NCBI GenBank assembly: GCA_963727445.1 | Contig: CAVSGI010000020.1 | Coordinates: 384,001-448,000 of the forward strand | Length of the DNA: 64,000 nucleotides | Source: an uncultured delta proteobacterium | Lineage (GTDB): Bacteria; Myxococcota_A; Polyangia; Polyangiales; B10-G4 | Reading direction: 5' to 3' | Part shown: positions 46,548 to 57,080 of the stretch, in pieces | How positions within the stretch are numbered: position 1 is the stretch's first letter | Layout: every line of letters begins with the position of its first letter | The notes under the pieces: model-generated | Told to the model about the DNA's origin: nothing | The model's input: only the letters and a program-made list of their open reading frames with translations | Databases searched by the model: none | Position numbers and translations under genes: made by a program

Positions 46548-47675
46548 GTGGTGGATCGTCCGCTCTTCGCTGCGTGGCCCCGGATCGAAGCGCGCATGCC
46601 GCTCGCGGCCCTGGGTGATTTCCCCACGCCCATCGAGAGCCTGGACGCCGTGATGCGCGAGGCCGGGGCGGCCGGCTTTCCCGCTTTCGTCAAGCGCGAC
46701 GACCGAAGCGCCGAGGTGTATGGCGGCAACAAGGTCCGGACTCTCGAGGTGCTCTTCGGCGCGGCCAAGGCGCGGGGCGCGACCCACGTCTTTTCCACTG
46801 GCGCCTTCGGCTCGAATCACGCGGCCGCCACCGTTCTGCACGCGCGGCGCGCGGGGCTCGCCCCGGGCGTCGTCCTCTTCCCTCAACCTCCGTCCGAGGC
46901 GGCGGCGGAGAATCTCCAGGTGACGATCTCCGAAGCGGAGACGCTGGTCGCCCTCCCCCATTGGTCGGCGCTTCCCTTCGGGATGAAGCGAGCGGAGCGC
47001 CGGATCCGGCGCGAGGGCGGCGTCGCCGAGGTGATGGTTCCCGGCGGCGCCACGCCGCGCGGCGCGATGGGTTACGTCTCGGCGGCGCTGGAGGTGGCGC
47101 ACCAGATCGAACGCGGGGAGATGCCGAAGCCCCGCGCGGTGGTGGTGGGGGTCGGCTCGACATGTACCACCGCAGGGCTCCTGGTCGGCTTTCACCACGC
47201 CGCGCGGATGGGCATCGGCTTCGTCGACGAGCGAGGGCGCCCCAATCCTCCCACCGTGATCGCGGTGCGCGTCACGCCCTGGCCGGTGACCGCGGCCTTC
47301 CGAATCGTGCGGATGGCGATGGGCGCATCCGAGGAGCTGGCGCGCCTTTCGGGCGAGCCGTCCCTCGCGCTCTCCTACCGAGACCTGCGCCCGCTCCTCG
47401 ATCTCGACGCCCGCGAGCTCGGCGCGGGCTACGGTCAGGTCACTCCCGCGGGTCTCGCTGCGATCGATGCGTTTCGGGCGCATCCTCTCGCCCTCGACAC
47501 CACCTATTCGGGCAAGGCCGCGGCCTCGCTCCTCGCACGAGCGCGCCGCGGTGGGAAGGGGCCGCTCCTCTTCTGGTCGACGAAGAGCACCATGCCTCTG
47601 CCCGAGGTGGATGCCGGCGCCCTGGAGCGAGCGCCGCGCATCATGCGTCGCTGGCTGTCGAAGCCTCGCTCATGA
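46548..47675 (+). CDS. ACC deaminase / D-cysteine desulfhydrase family PLP enzyme
   Basis: PTP..KRDD..GGNKVRTLE; GSNH; PGG..GY; LDTTYSGKA. Confidence 0.88.
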   Translation: MVDRPLFAAWPRIEARMPLAALGDFPTPIESLDAVMREAGAAGFPAFVKRDDRSAEVYGGNKVRTLEVLFGAAKARGATHVFSTGAFGSNHAAATVLHARRAGLAPGVVLFPQPPSEAAAENLQVTISEAETLVALPHWSALPFGMKRAERRIRREGGVAEVMVPGGATPRGAMGYVSAALEVAHQIERGEMPKPRAVVVGVGSTCTTAGLLVGFHHAARMGIGFVDERGRPNPPTVIAVRVTPWPVTAAFRIVRMAMGASEELARLSGEPSLALSYRDLRPLLDLDARELGAGYGQVTPAGLAAIDAFRAHPLALDTTYSGKAAASLLARARRGGKGPLLFWSTKSTMPLPEVDAGALERAPRIMRRWLSKPRS

Positions 47676-48822
47676 CCATCCGGTGCCAGGCGCCCAGCGC
47701 GCGCAGCGCGTAGGCGAGCACGAAGCGCCGCGCCGCCTCGTCCCGCTTCGACTCGAGCAGGGCGGCGAGCCCCACGTGAGCGGCGGCGGTCGCGACCTCG
47801 AGGCGCGCGCTCCGGCTCTCGTCCTTGCGCCGCACGGCGGCGAGGCGCTCGCGGAGGATCGACTCGAAGGACGCCCGTCGCCGCTCGGCGCTCGCGCTGG
47901 CGGGCGAGAGCAGCGGCTCGAGGCGGTAGCCCTTCGCGCTGGTGCGCAGCGACGCCCGGCAGTGCGCGGGATCGATCGCCGCCCAGCCGACGGGCTCCGC
48001 GAAGTGCAGGAGCTTGCCGGCGTCGTAGAGCGGGTCGGTGATGCCGATCTCCGGGTTGGGATTGATCACGCGCACCGAGAAGCCGCGCCCGCGCCGGCGC
48101 GCCATGACGTTGCCCAGGTGGAGGTCGCCGTGGCAGAGCGTCCGCGGCGCCTGCGGTAGCGCGGAGCCCAGCCAGGCGTCGAGGCAGGCGAGGAGCGGCG
48201 TGAGCGGCGGAACCTTCTCGTCGAGCACGCGACCCTCTTCGTTCCAGAGTCGGCGCAGGTCGGGGTCGAGCTCGGTGATGCGCTCGAGCTTCGCGCGCAG
48301 GCGCGCGCCGTAGGGATCGTCGATGCGCGGAAGCCTGGCGAGGGCGCGCGCGTGCTCGCGGCCAGTCCGGCGGATGGCGCGCACACCGACGAAGGTGTGG
48401 TCGAGGATCCGGTCGAGGTCGGTGATCGCCGTGCGCCGGCGGTAGACGAGGTCGAGGAGCGTGGTGTGGGCGAGGAGCTGCTCCATGAAGAGGAGGCGCC
48501 GCTCTCCCTCGAGACGGAAGACCGCCTGCACCGAAGGGAAGGTCCGGGCGCGCGTCTTGTTCACGCGCTCCATCAGGAGCACGTGCCGGTCGAGCTCCTC
48601 GCCACCTAGCTTCATCGCCGCGTTGACGTCGATGCGAAGCCCCCCGACGAGCTCGCTCTTGTAACCGCCTCCGAATGCCTCGAAGGCGCCCACGCGCACG
48701 CATGCCTCGACGAAGTCCTCGGGGAGCCCACGCCGCAGAAGCGCGCGCACCGCAGGCACGACCTCGGACGCGAGATCGACCGTCCCGGGCGGCAATACGA
48801 CGGATGGCTTCGATTCGGTCAT
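47641..48822 (-). CDS. APH/choline kinase-like phosphotransferase family protein
   Basis: LCHGDLHLGNV; DPLYDAGKL. Confidence 0.75.
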   Translation of the reverse strand: MTESKPSVVLPPGTVDLASEVVPAVRALLRRGLPEDFVEACVRVGAFEAFGGGYKSELVGGLRIDVNAAMKLGGEELDRHVLLMERVNKTRARTFPSVQAVFRLEGERRLLFMEQLLAHTTLLDLVYRRRTAITDLDRILDHTFVGVRAIRRTGREHARALARLPRIDDPYGARLRAKLERITELDPDLRRLWNEEGRVLDEKVPPLTPLLACLDAWLGSALPQAPRTLCHGDLHLGNVMARRRGRGFSVRVINPNPEIGITDPLYDAGKLLHFAEPVGWAAIDPAHCRASLRTSAKGYRLEPLLSPASASAERRRASFESILRERLAAVRRKDESRSARLEVATAAAHVGLAALLESKRDEAARRFVLAYALRALGAWHRMVMSEASTASDA

Positions 48823-48906
48823 CCCCAGAGTGTTCCCCGCTCACCAGTCGGACGGCGTGCGCGCACCAGAACTGACGGGCGGCACGGACCGTGCCGGCGC
48901 ATCGGC

Positions 48907-49629
48907 TCAGTCGCGGCGCAGGCCGCAGGCTTCGGCGATCCCGTCCCGATAGTGAAGCCACTTTTCGAGGCAGGTCTCCATTGCGGCGACCACGCCGCGG
49001 CGTTCGCTCTCGGGGACGTGATCGAGCATGACCCGCCAGGCGGCCGCGCGGTGGTCGCCTTCGACGGCGCGATGGGCCTTGGTGAGCGCCAGATCGTCGA
49101 GGGGGAGCCCGTAGTGCTTCACGAGAGGGTGCTCCGAGAGCGCCGGCTCGGGGCGCTTGTTCGCCCCTTCTTCGATCTCGCCCCGCTCGAACTTCGTTCC
49201 CTCGATGAAGAGCGTCGTCACCGCGGTTCCGATCTCCCAGCCGCGCTCCAGCGTCGCTTCGTCCAGGTAGTCGCGATACACGCGCGAGGCGGGCAGCAGC
49301 GTCACGCGCTCGAAGCGCGACAGGTCCATGCCGAGGCCTTTGGGATAGCGGAGGAAGAGCTCCGGATGGGGCTTTCCTGCGGACAGGCCTCCGGTCTCCT
49401 CTTCGTAGATGTTCTCGGCGAGCTCGCGGCGCACGGCGGCGATCGGGCAGCTCACGTAAGCGCGCGCGATCAAGACCGGGAAGTCCCGAACGTAGACCTC
49501 GTACTCCTGCTCGAAATGGACGTGGAGGAGCTCCTTCGGTACCGCGCCCGTGGTGAAGGCCGCCCAGGCCCAGTGGTCCTTTCGCTCCATGACCTCGAGG
49601 AGGGCTTGCTTGAAGGCGTCGCGGTTCAT
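48907..49629 (-). CDS. Heme-oxygenase-like (PqqC/CADD/TenA fold) iron-containing redox enzyme
   Basis: ENIYEEETG..HPELF; IE; H..E.DH ligand pattern. Confidence 0.8.
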   Translation of the reverse strand: MNRDAFKQALLEVMERKDHWAWAAFTTGAVPKELLHVHFEQEYEVYVRDFPVLIARAYVSCPIAAVRRELAENIYEEETGGLSAGKPHPELFLRYPKGLGMDLSRFERVTLLPASRVYRDYLDEATLERGWEIGTAVTTLFIEGTKFERGEIEEGANKRPEPALSEHPLVKHYGLPLDDLALTKAHRAVEGDHRAAAWRVMLDHVPESERRGVVAAMETCLEKWLHYRDGIAEACGLRRD

Positions 49630-49753
49630 AGGAGCGCAGCGTAGCAACCCCCTGCTACGGGGGCGAAAACTTGGAGAGGACGCCGGGTCGAAACGAAGGG
49701 GTTGCGATCGCAGCCCGTTGGCCTTCTGATCTGCCGTCCACACGGGAGGCGCG

Positions 49754-50779
49754 ATGGAATACCGGAAGATGGGAGCCAGCGGGGTCAAGGTCTCGCCGCT
49801 CTGCCTGGGGACGATGACCTTCGGCGAAGCCGACGAGAGCTCCTTCATGCACGAGATCGGTGCGGACGAAGAGACGTCGTTCCAGATCATGGATCGCGCG
49901 CTCGAGGCGGGCGTGAACTTCTTCGACACGGCAGACGTCTACGGACAAGACGGGCTCAGCGAGCGTGTCGTGGGCCGCTGGTTCGACAAGAGCGGCAAGC
50001 GCGACGACGTGGTCCTCGCGACCAAGTTCCGTTTCCGGATGGGCCAGGGTCCCAACGGCACGGGCGCCTCCCGGCGCCGCATCGTGCGGACCTGCGAGGA
50101 GAGCCTGAGGCGCCTCAAGACCGATCGCATCGACCTGTACCAGATTCACATGCAGGACTTCGACACGCCGGAGGAGGAGACGCTGCGCGCCCTCGACGAT
50201 CTGGTGCGCGCGGGCAAGGTCCTCTACATCGGTTGCAGCAACTACGCGGCGTATCGTCTGGTCCACTCACAGTGGCTCAGCCGCACCCATCACCTCGAGC
50301 GTTTCGTCACCCTTCAGGCGCAGTACAGCCTGGTCGTTCGAGACCTCGAGAAGGAGCTGGTGCCCGCCTGCCGCGATTTCGGTCTGGGGATCCTCCCGTG
50401 GTCGCCGCTTGGCGGCGGCTTCCTCTCGGGCAAGTACGAAAAGGGCAAGGGCGCGCCCGAGGGAACGCGCCTCGACAAATGGCAGGACCGCTACGCCCGC
50501 TTCGACAACGACCGCAACTGGAAGATCATCGCTGCGGTGCGGGCGGTCGCCGAAGAGGTCGGGGCCACGGTGGCGCAGGTGTCGCTGGCCTGGCTCATCC
50601 ACAAGCCACAGGTCACCAGCGTCATCTTCGGAGCGCGCAATCTGGCGCAGCTCGAGGACAATCTGAAGGCCGCCGAGGTGAAGCTCGGCGAAAATCACAT
50701 GAAGGTGCTGGACGAGGCCTCGGAGTTCGACCTCGGCTATCCCTACACCTTCCTCAATCAGGTTCAGGGACGCTGGTAG
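49754..50779 (+). CDS. Aldo/keto reductase
   Basis: [50 protein letters not shown]. Confidence 0.95.
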   Translation: MEYRKMGASGVKVSPLCLGTMTFGEADESSFMHEIGADEETSFQIMDRALEAGVNFFDTADVYGQDGLSERVVGRWFDKSGKRDDVVLATKFRFRMGQGPNGTGASRRRIVRTCEESLRRLKTDRIDLYQIHMQDFDTPEEETLRALDDLVRAGKVLYIGCSNYAAYRLVHSQWLSRTHHLERFVTLQAQYSLVVRDLEKELVPACRDFGLGILPWSPLGGGFLSGKYEKGKGAPEGTRLDKWQDRYARFDNDRNWKIIAAVRAVAEEVGATVAQVSLAWLIHKPQVTSVIFGARNLAQLEDNLKAAEVKLGENHMKVLDEASEFDLGYPYTFLNQVQGRW

Positions 50780-50784
50780 GGGCG

Positions 50785-52446
50785 TCAGTGATGTGCGTTC
50801 TTGCTGCGGGTCGTCGGCCGTAGCTTCATGAGTGCGAAGAAGGCGGCGGCCAGGGCGTAGCCCACGCTCCAGCGCCATCCGCTGGCGAAGCCGATCTCGA
50901 ACTCGCCCCCCGCAGGGCCCAGGCGCCCGGCGTGGATGAAGCCGAAGAACGAGAGCATGGCGCCGGCGAGCGCCCAGTACGCCGCGCGCTCGAAGCGCTG
51001 ATCGATCAGCTCGGCGCTCGCGGCCGCCCAGATCATGCAGGTCAGCATGAAGCCCTGGCACAGCGCCACCAGGCCTTCGAGGTGGACGCCGGCCATGGCG
51101 AAGGCTTCGGGGTGGGTGAGCACCTCCGCGGCGAGGCCGGGATCTCCGAGCGCGAAGCTCGCCGCGCCGAGGGTCTGGCCGAGGATCGAGCACGCCCCAG
51201 GCGGCGATGGCCGGGAACAGGCCGACGGCGACCGCGGGGGCGTGCGCGGCGTCGCGTCGCCTGGAACGCCTGGGCCGTGATGATGATGCCGATCCACAGC
51301 ACGATGGCCATGCCCGCCTGCATCGGCACGACGCGCGGCGATCAGCGAGGTGAGCCCGAACAGCGCGACCACGGTGAAGAACACGCCGTTGAGGATCGAG
51401 TAGCCCGAGCGCGCCCCGAGCGCCTTCCATCCCGGGATGGCCGATGTAGATCGTCGTCGGAAAGCACGAGCCGAACAGCGCGGCGACGATCGAGCCGCCG
51501 CCGTTCATCGCCATCGACGGCAGGGTGGGATAGGCGTCACCCGCCGCCTCGGCGGACTCGATGTTCTGCAGCGAGCCGAGCACGTTGAACAGGCCCATCG
51601 GGCATCATCACCGGCACGAGGAACTGCGCAGAAGAGCGGGTGGTGAAGCCGGCGATGACGTCGCCGATGACCGGCACCGGGAGGTGGAAGCCGACGGTGG
51701 TCGGCGGCCTCGCCGAGCGCCTGGCGGCATCGACCGGGGCGTCGTGGGCGCCGATCGGCGCAGAGCAGCCAGGCCACGGCGGTGCCGAGCGCCGACGCGC
51801 CCAGGCGCCGCCGGGGATGCGCAGCGGGCAGCTTCGTTCGGCCGAAGTAGGTAGTGAGGATCATGGCGAGCGGGCAGCATGGCCGACCAGCGGGCGACTC
51901 GAAGGTCTGCATGGCGAAGTCGATGGCGATGAAGCTGATGGCGATGCCGGCGAGCGTGGACAGGAGCGCGGCGCGCGGCGTGTGCCGGCGGATGCAGTCG
52001 GCGACGAAGGAGCCGCGCGAGCTCGATCGAGGCCCGAGACGAGGCAGGACGGCGAGCCCCACCTGCCAGGCGAGCGTGCGCCGCTGCGCTCGGGTCGACG
52101 CCGCCCTTATGGGCCGCGAGCTTCACCGGCAGCATCACCAAGAAGACGTAGGCGAAGAGGGACACGGTGTTGATGCCGTAGGGCAGGGCGGAGACGTCGG
52201 TGCGGCCGGTGCGGGCCGAGAGCTTCTGTGCTTGCCAGGCGTAGAAGACGTTGCCGACCAGGATCGAGACGCGCCGCGCCGGGCAGCACGGTGCCGAGCA
52301 CCAGGGTCATCGGGAAGCCGAGCACGCGCGACCGAGAGCGCGAGGATCAGCAGGAACTGGATCAGGTTGTCGATGGCGAGACCGAAGAAGCCATCGACGT
52401 CGCCAGGCACGAACCAGGGCTGAGGGCGCGCGCTCTCGTCGTTCAT
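50785..52446 (-). CDS. NCS2-like (xanthine/uracil/vitamin C) permease with many frameshifts
   Basis: Fragments in different frames: [78 protein letters not shown]. Confidence 0.8.
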
Positions 52447-52559
52447 GGGCGCGGAGGATACTGTCGAAGGCGGCGTGTCTTCCTGGAAACTTTCAGCTGG
52501 AGCGTTGCGGAAACACGCGCTCTCCCCATTCGCAAGAAATGCGACTAGGTGTCCTTTGT

Positions 52560-54851
52560 ATGGTCGACGCAAACGCGTGCGAGCCGCGGGTCACCGACAT
52601 GGACTTGGAGAACGTTCCCATTCCGATCCATCTCTTGGAGGGTGATGGGACGATCCTCTGGGCGAACCGAGCGGAGCTGCAGTGGCTCGGTTACGCGCGC
52701 GAGGAGTTCGTCGGGCAGAACATCGCGGCTTTCCACCTCGACACGGAGGTGATCCAGGGCGTCCTCCGCCGCCTCGCCGGGCAAGAAGAGGTTCGCGACG
52801 TGGAGTCTCAGATGCGCGCTCAGGATGGGACGAGCCGATGGGTGCTTCTCAATGCCCACATTCGGCAAGACCGAGGCCGGGTCATCCACGCCTGCTACAG
52901 CACCGACATCACCGACTACGTCCTGCACGGGCGGGCCGTGGAACGGCACCGCGAGTGGTTCAGGACCGTGCTCGCCAGCATTGGGGACGCCGTCATCGCG
53001 ACGGACGCGCGCGGCAGAGTCACGCTCATGAACTCCGTGAGCGAGGCCTTGACCGGGTGGACGGCGGCGGAGGCGGTGTCGCGACCGTTGTCCGAAGTCT
53101 TCCCAATCCTCAACGAGAACACCCGGCAGCCCGCACCGAATCCCGTCCAACACGTTCTCGAGACCGGCCGCATCGTCGGGCTCGCGAATCACACGATCCT
53201 CATGGCGCGCGACGGGACGGAGTTTGCCATCGACGACAGCGCTGCGCCGATCCGTGACGCATCAGGGCAGCTCCAGGGCGTGGTGCTCGTGTTCCGCGAC
53301 ATCGGAGAGCGGCGCCGGCTGGCGGCCGCAGCCCGGCACCTCGCAGCGATCGTCGAGTCTTCCGACGATGCGATCGTCAGCAAGAACCTCGATGGCATCG
53401 TGAGCAGCTGGAATCAAGGCGCCGAGAGGCTCTTCGGATACTCGGCAGAAGAGATGATCGGCCGCCCCATCTCGATACTCATCCCGCCGGATCGTCCCGA
53501 CGAGGAGCCGGAGATCCTTCGGCGCATCCGGCGAGGCGAGCGCCTGGATCATTTCGAGACCGTTCGCATGCACAAGGATGGAAGCCGCCTCGACGTGTCG
53601 GTGACGATCTCTCCCGTGAAGGACGAGTCGGGGGAGATCGTCGGGGCTTCGAAGGTGGCTCGCGACATCGGCACGGAGAAGCGGCTTCGCGACGAGCTCG
53701 AGCGGCGTCTGGAGGAGTTGGCGGAGGCAGATCGGCGCAAGGACGCGTTCCTGGCCATGCTCGCCCACGAGTTGCGCAATCCCCTCGGCGCCATCAGCAA
53801 CGCCGTGAGCATTCTCGAGAGTGCGCGACAAGAGCGTCCGAGGAGCCGCGCCATGAAGGTCCTCCGTCGGCAGGTCGATCACCAGGCACGCCTCGTCAAC
53901 CAGCTCCTCGATGTTTCCCGTATCACCCGGAACCTGATCGAGCTCCATCTCGAAGAGCTGGATCTCGTGCAGCTCGTTCGCGACACGGTCGAGGACTTCC
54001 GGGCGTCGAGTGAAGCCCAACACCTCGAGCTCGCGCTCGACCTCTCGAGCAGCCCGATCTGGGTCGAGGCGGACCGCACGCGCATCGCTCAAGTAGTCAC
54101 CAACCTCCTGAGCAACTCGCTGAAGTTCACGCCTTCGGGTGGACGCGTGACCGTGGACGTCCACACGACTGCTGCTGGCTCGAGGGCCGAGATCATCGTC
54201 AGCGACACGGGCATCGGGATCGCCGAGGAGCTCCTGCCGCACGTCTTCGAAAGCTTCAGCCATGGGGAGCATTCCCTCGCGCGCACTCGTGGCGGCCTCG
54301 GTTTGGGGCTGGCCATCGTGAAGGGGCTCTGTGAGCTTCACGGAGGCGAGGTCCACGTGGAGAGCGGTGGCACCGGGAAGGGGACTCGAGTCAGGGTGCT
54401 GCTTCCCGCGCTGGATTCACCCGAAAGAGGAATCGCGCCGGAGGAAGCAGCGTCCCACGAGCATGAAGGCCCGCTCCGGATCCTGGTCGTGGAGGACAAC
54501 GTCGACGCGGCCGAGACGTTGGCTGATCTTCTCGAACTGGACGGCCACGAGGTGCAGATCGCGTTGACGGGGCCCGAAGGCGTGCGACTGGCCCAGGAGA
54601 ACCATCCGGACGTCGTGCTCTGCGATCTCGGCCTGCCGGGGATGGATGGGTACGAGGTGGCCGCAGCTCTGCGCCTCGCTCCGGGTGGCAGGCGCCCGCG
54701 ACTCGTCGCGGTGACCGGCTACGGGGGAGACGCGAATCGTAGAAGGAGTCGCGAGGCCGGCTTCGACGATCACATCGTCAAGCCGATCGATGCCGTCGCG
54801 CTGGCCAGGATCCTCGCGGGCGTGGCCTCGACTACTGATAGCGCTGGATGA
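52560..54851 (+). CDS. Hybrid sensor histidine kinase, three PAS + HisKA + HATPase + receiver
   Basis: PAS motifs; FLAMLAHELRNPL; NLLSNSLKFT; DTGIGI; GGLGLGL; VVEDN..CDLGLPGMDG..KP. Confidence 0.95.
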   Translation: MVDANACEPRVTDMDLENVPIPIHLLEGDGTILWANRAELQWLGYAREEFVGQNIAAFHLDTEVIQGVLRRLAGQEEVRDVESQMRAQDGTSRWVLLNAHIRQDRGRVIHACYSTDITDYVLHGRAVERHREWFRTVLASIGDAVIATDARGRVTLMNSVSEALTGWTAAEAVSRPLSEVFPILNENTRQPAPNPVQHVLETGRIVGLANHTILMARDGTEFAIDDSAAPIRDASGQLQGVVLVFRDIGERRRLAAAARHLAAIVESSDDAIVSKNLDGIVSSWNQGAERLFGYSAEEMIGRPISILIPPDRPDEEPEILRRIRRGERLDHFETVRMHKDGSRLDVSVTISPVKDESGEIVGASKVARDIGTEKRLRDELERRLEELAEADRRKDAFLAMLAHELRNPLGAISNAVSILESARQERPRSRAMKVLRRQVDHQARLVNQLLDVSRITRNLIELHLEELDLVQLVRDTVEDFRASSEAQHLELALDLSSSPIWVEADRTRIAQVVTNLLSNSLKFTPSGGRVTVDVHTTAAGSRAEIIVSDTGIGIAEELLPHVFESFSHGEHSLARTRGGLGLGLAIVKGLCELHGGEVHVESGGTGKGTRVRVLLPALDSPERGIAPEEAASHEHEGPLRILVVEDNVDAAETLADLLELDGHEVQIALTGPEGVRLAQENHPDVVLCDLGLPGMDGYEVAAALRLAPGGRRPRLVAVTGYGGDANRRRSREAGFDDHIVKPIDAVALARILAGVASTTDSAG

Positions 54852-55341
54852 CGTGGAAGCCGAAGGGCGTCTCCACCACGTCCGAGATGCCGCCTGGCTG
54901 CATGGCGAAGACGGCGTTGTCGAAGGCCGGAACCATGCGTCCGCGGGGGAAGGTGCCGAGGTCGCCGCCGCGCGGGCCGGTGGGGCCGTCGCTGTACTCG
55001 CGGGCGAGCGCAGCGAAGTCCTCGCCGGCGCGCGCCTTCTGGAGCACTTCGTTGATGCGGGCGGTCGCCTCTTCGCGGCTGCGGGTGATGTCGGGGCCGG
55101 CGCGCATCGAACCCTGGAACTGCACCAGGATGTGCCGGGCGGCCGCGACCTGACCCGGCTGGGGCGGTGCGGGGGTGGGCGTCGGCTGCGGCCTGGGGCT
55201 GGGCGGCGGCGCTTCCGCCTGGGCGGCCTGGGCGGGCGCGGCATTCGGCGATGGGGACATCGCGACGAAGGTCAGCACCAGCACCCCGACCCCGACGAGG
55301 GGGCCATACACGAACCACGGGCTTTCATCCGAACCGGACAT
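54832..55341 (-). CDS. Parvulin-type (PpiC) peptidyl-prolyl isomerase, membrane anchored
   Basis: ARHILV; FAALAREYSD..GGDLG.F..GRMVPAF..ETPFGFHVI. Confidence 0.93.
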   Translation of the reverse strand: MSGSDESPWFVYGPLVGVGVLVLTFVAMSPSPNAAPAQAAQAEAPPPSPRPQPTPTPAPPQPGQVAAARHILVQFQGSMRAGPDITRSREEATARINEVLQKARAGEDFAALAREYSDGPTGPRGGDLGTFPRGRMVPAFDNAVFAMQPGGISDVVETPFGFHVIQRYQ

Positions 55342-55456
55342 GGGCGCGCACCTTACATGAAGCGGCCGCTGGCGCAATCGAGGGCTAGGCTGGGCCCTGT
55401 CGCCCTCGGCCGATGGCCGTTGACACCCGAGCGTGGCCGGTCCGAGGATGGCTGGC

Positions 55457-55858
55457 ATGAGCAGCGAAAAGCCCCGCGGATCGACCGCCGACACCAGCGC
55501 CGTCTGGGAAAACCACGTCCCCGTAGCGGGCACCCCCGAGGGCTTCACCTGCCGCACGACCTATCCTCAGAACCCCGACGGGGCCGAGGTGATGCTCGAG
55601 CGCTGGGAGGCCGGCACCGCCGAGCCACCCCATTCACATCCCGGCGACGACATGACGGTGGTGGTCGAGGGCTCGATGCGGGTCCAGTTCTACACCCGTG
55701 GTGACGCGGGCCTCGTGCCGGATGGCGAGCCGCTGGTGCTGAAGAAGGGCGACGCGGGATACATCCCCGGCGGCCGCATCCACGACGCCAAGTACGTCGA
55801 AGCCTGCAAGCTGGTCTACGTCCACGACAAGGCGTTCGCGTTTCAGGCCGAGAGCTGA
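55457..55858 (+). CDS. Cupin domain protein
   Basis: PPHSHPGD..VVEG; GD..YIPGG..H. Confidence 0.88.
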   Translation: MSSEKPRGSTADTSAVWENHVPVAGTPEGFTCRTTYPQNPDGAEVMLERWEAGTAEPPHSHPGDDMTVVVEGSMRVQFYTRGDAGLVPDGEPLVLKKGDAGYIPGGRIHDAKYVEACKLVYVHDKAFAFQAES

Positions 55859-56550
55859 GCCCGCGGACGCGAAGGGCGGCGAGCCTCGCCGGCGCTGCCT
55901 GCTTCGTCCTCTGCTACGGGATCGCGATCGCGCTCTATCCAGGAGGCACCTGGTGGGACGCGCACGCCGTCGGGCACTCCTTCTGGCGCAACTTCCTCTG
56001 CGACCTGATGCAGAGCACGTCGCTGAACGGCGAGCCCGCGCCGATCGGCTCGCTCCTCGCCCGGGTGGGCATCACAGCGATGCTCCTCGGTCTCGTTCCC
56101 TTCTACGCCGAGGTGGCGTCGCTCGAAGAGCCGGAGACACGCGCCGGTCGCGTGGCGCGCCGCGCCGGGATGCTCGCCTGCCTCATCGGCCTCGCGATCC
56201 CCATCGTCACCTCCGATCTCTGGCGCCTCGGCCACCTGATCGTGGTCGTCGCCGCCTTCTTGCCGAGCTTCGTCGCGACGGTAGCGGCTTCGGTGATCTC
56301 GCTCCGCGCGCCGGGTGTGTGGTGGCTCGTCCGCGCCGCGGCGCTCACCACCCTCGTCTTCGGGGGCCTCGACGGCTTCCTCTATCTCTTCGTCTACATC
56401 TCGCCCGCCCTGGGCCTGGTCCCGGAGTCGGAACAGACGCGCACCCTGATCGGCCTCGCGCTCCCCGCGCTCATGCGCATCGCCACGATCTCGGTGCTGG
56501 TGTGGGTCGTTGCGATGGCGAGGCAGAGCTACCCTCGTGCACCGACATGA
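55855..56550 (+). CDS. Multi-pass membrane protein (YPGG..NFLCDL type), probable CTG start
   Basis: Frame open upstream of ATG 56008 with a TM and LYPGGTWWD..HSFWRNFLCDL; in-frame CTG overlaps the cupin stop (CTGA). Confidence 0.7.
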   Translation: MSPRTRRAASLAGAACFVLCYGIAIALYPGGTWWDAHAVGHSFWRNFLCDLMQSTSLNGEPAPIGSLLARVGITAMLLGLVPFYAEVASLEEPETRAGRVARRAGMLACLIGLAIPIVTSDLWRLGHLIVVVAAFLPSFVATVAASVISLRAPGVWWLVRAAALTTLVFGGLDGFLYLFVYISPALGLVPESEQTRTLIGLALPALMRIATISVLVWVVAMARQSYPRAPT

Positions 56551-56613
56551 CTGACCCCATCTCCCTCGAAGGGGCCGGAGCCCGAGGGGCGACCTCGGCG
56601 ACACATGCGATCG

Positions 56614-57036
56614 TCAGTCGGGAAGCGGCTCCGCCCCGACGATCATCGGGTCGTCGCCGAAGTTCGGGCTGGCGCCCCGCTCCACCGTGAAGCGGTAGCG
56701 CTTGCCGGTGTCGAGCGAGTCGAAGAGCGGAGCGTCGGAGTTTCCGCAGCGCTCGAAGTGGATCCAGACCCGCTCGCCTCCGGACTGCTCGATCTCGTAG
56801 GACTGCTGAATGCAGTCGCCGTGGCCGAGCGGCCCACGGTCGACGATGCGTCCTTCGAGAACCTCGTTCTCCGCGTTCGTCGCCCCCGCCGGCTCATCCC
56901 TTTCGGCAGGCGTAGCCGGGGTCTCCTGCACGTTCGCCGTCTCCGGCTCGTTCGTCGTCGCGGTGGCCGCGGTCTCGGACCCGCCGCACCCGCTGAGCAG
57001 GAACACGGCGATGCCAGCGCGCCAAACGTTTCCCAT
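56614..57036 (-). CDS. Small lipoprotein
   Basis: MGNVWRAGIAVFLLSGC lipobox; TATCCT 6 nt upstream. Confidence 0.75.
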   Translation of the reverse strand: MGNVWRAGIAVFLLSGCGGSETAATATTNEPETANVQETPATPAERDEPAGATNAENEVLEGRIVDRGPLGHGDCIQQSYEIEQSGGERVWIHFERCGNSDAPLFDSLDTGKRYRFTVERGASPNFGDDPMIVGAEPLPD

Positions 57037-57080
57037 CTCCCGAGGATACCGCGTGATCTCCCTTGCTATCATGGAAAGCC

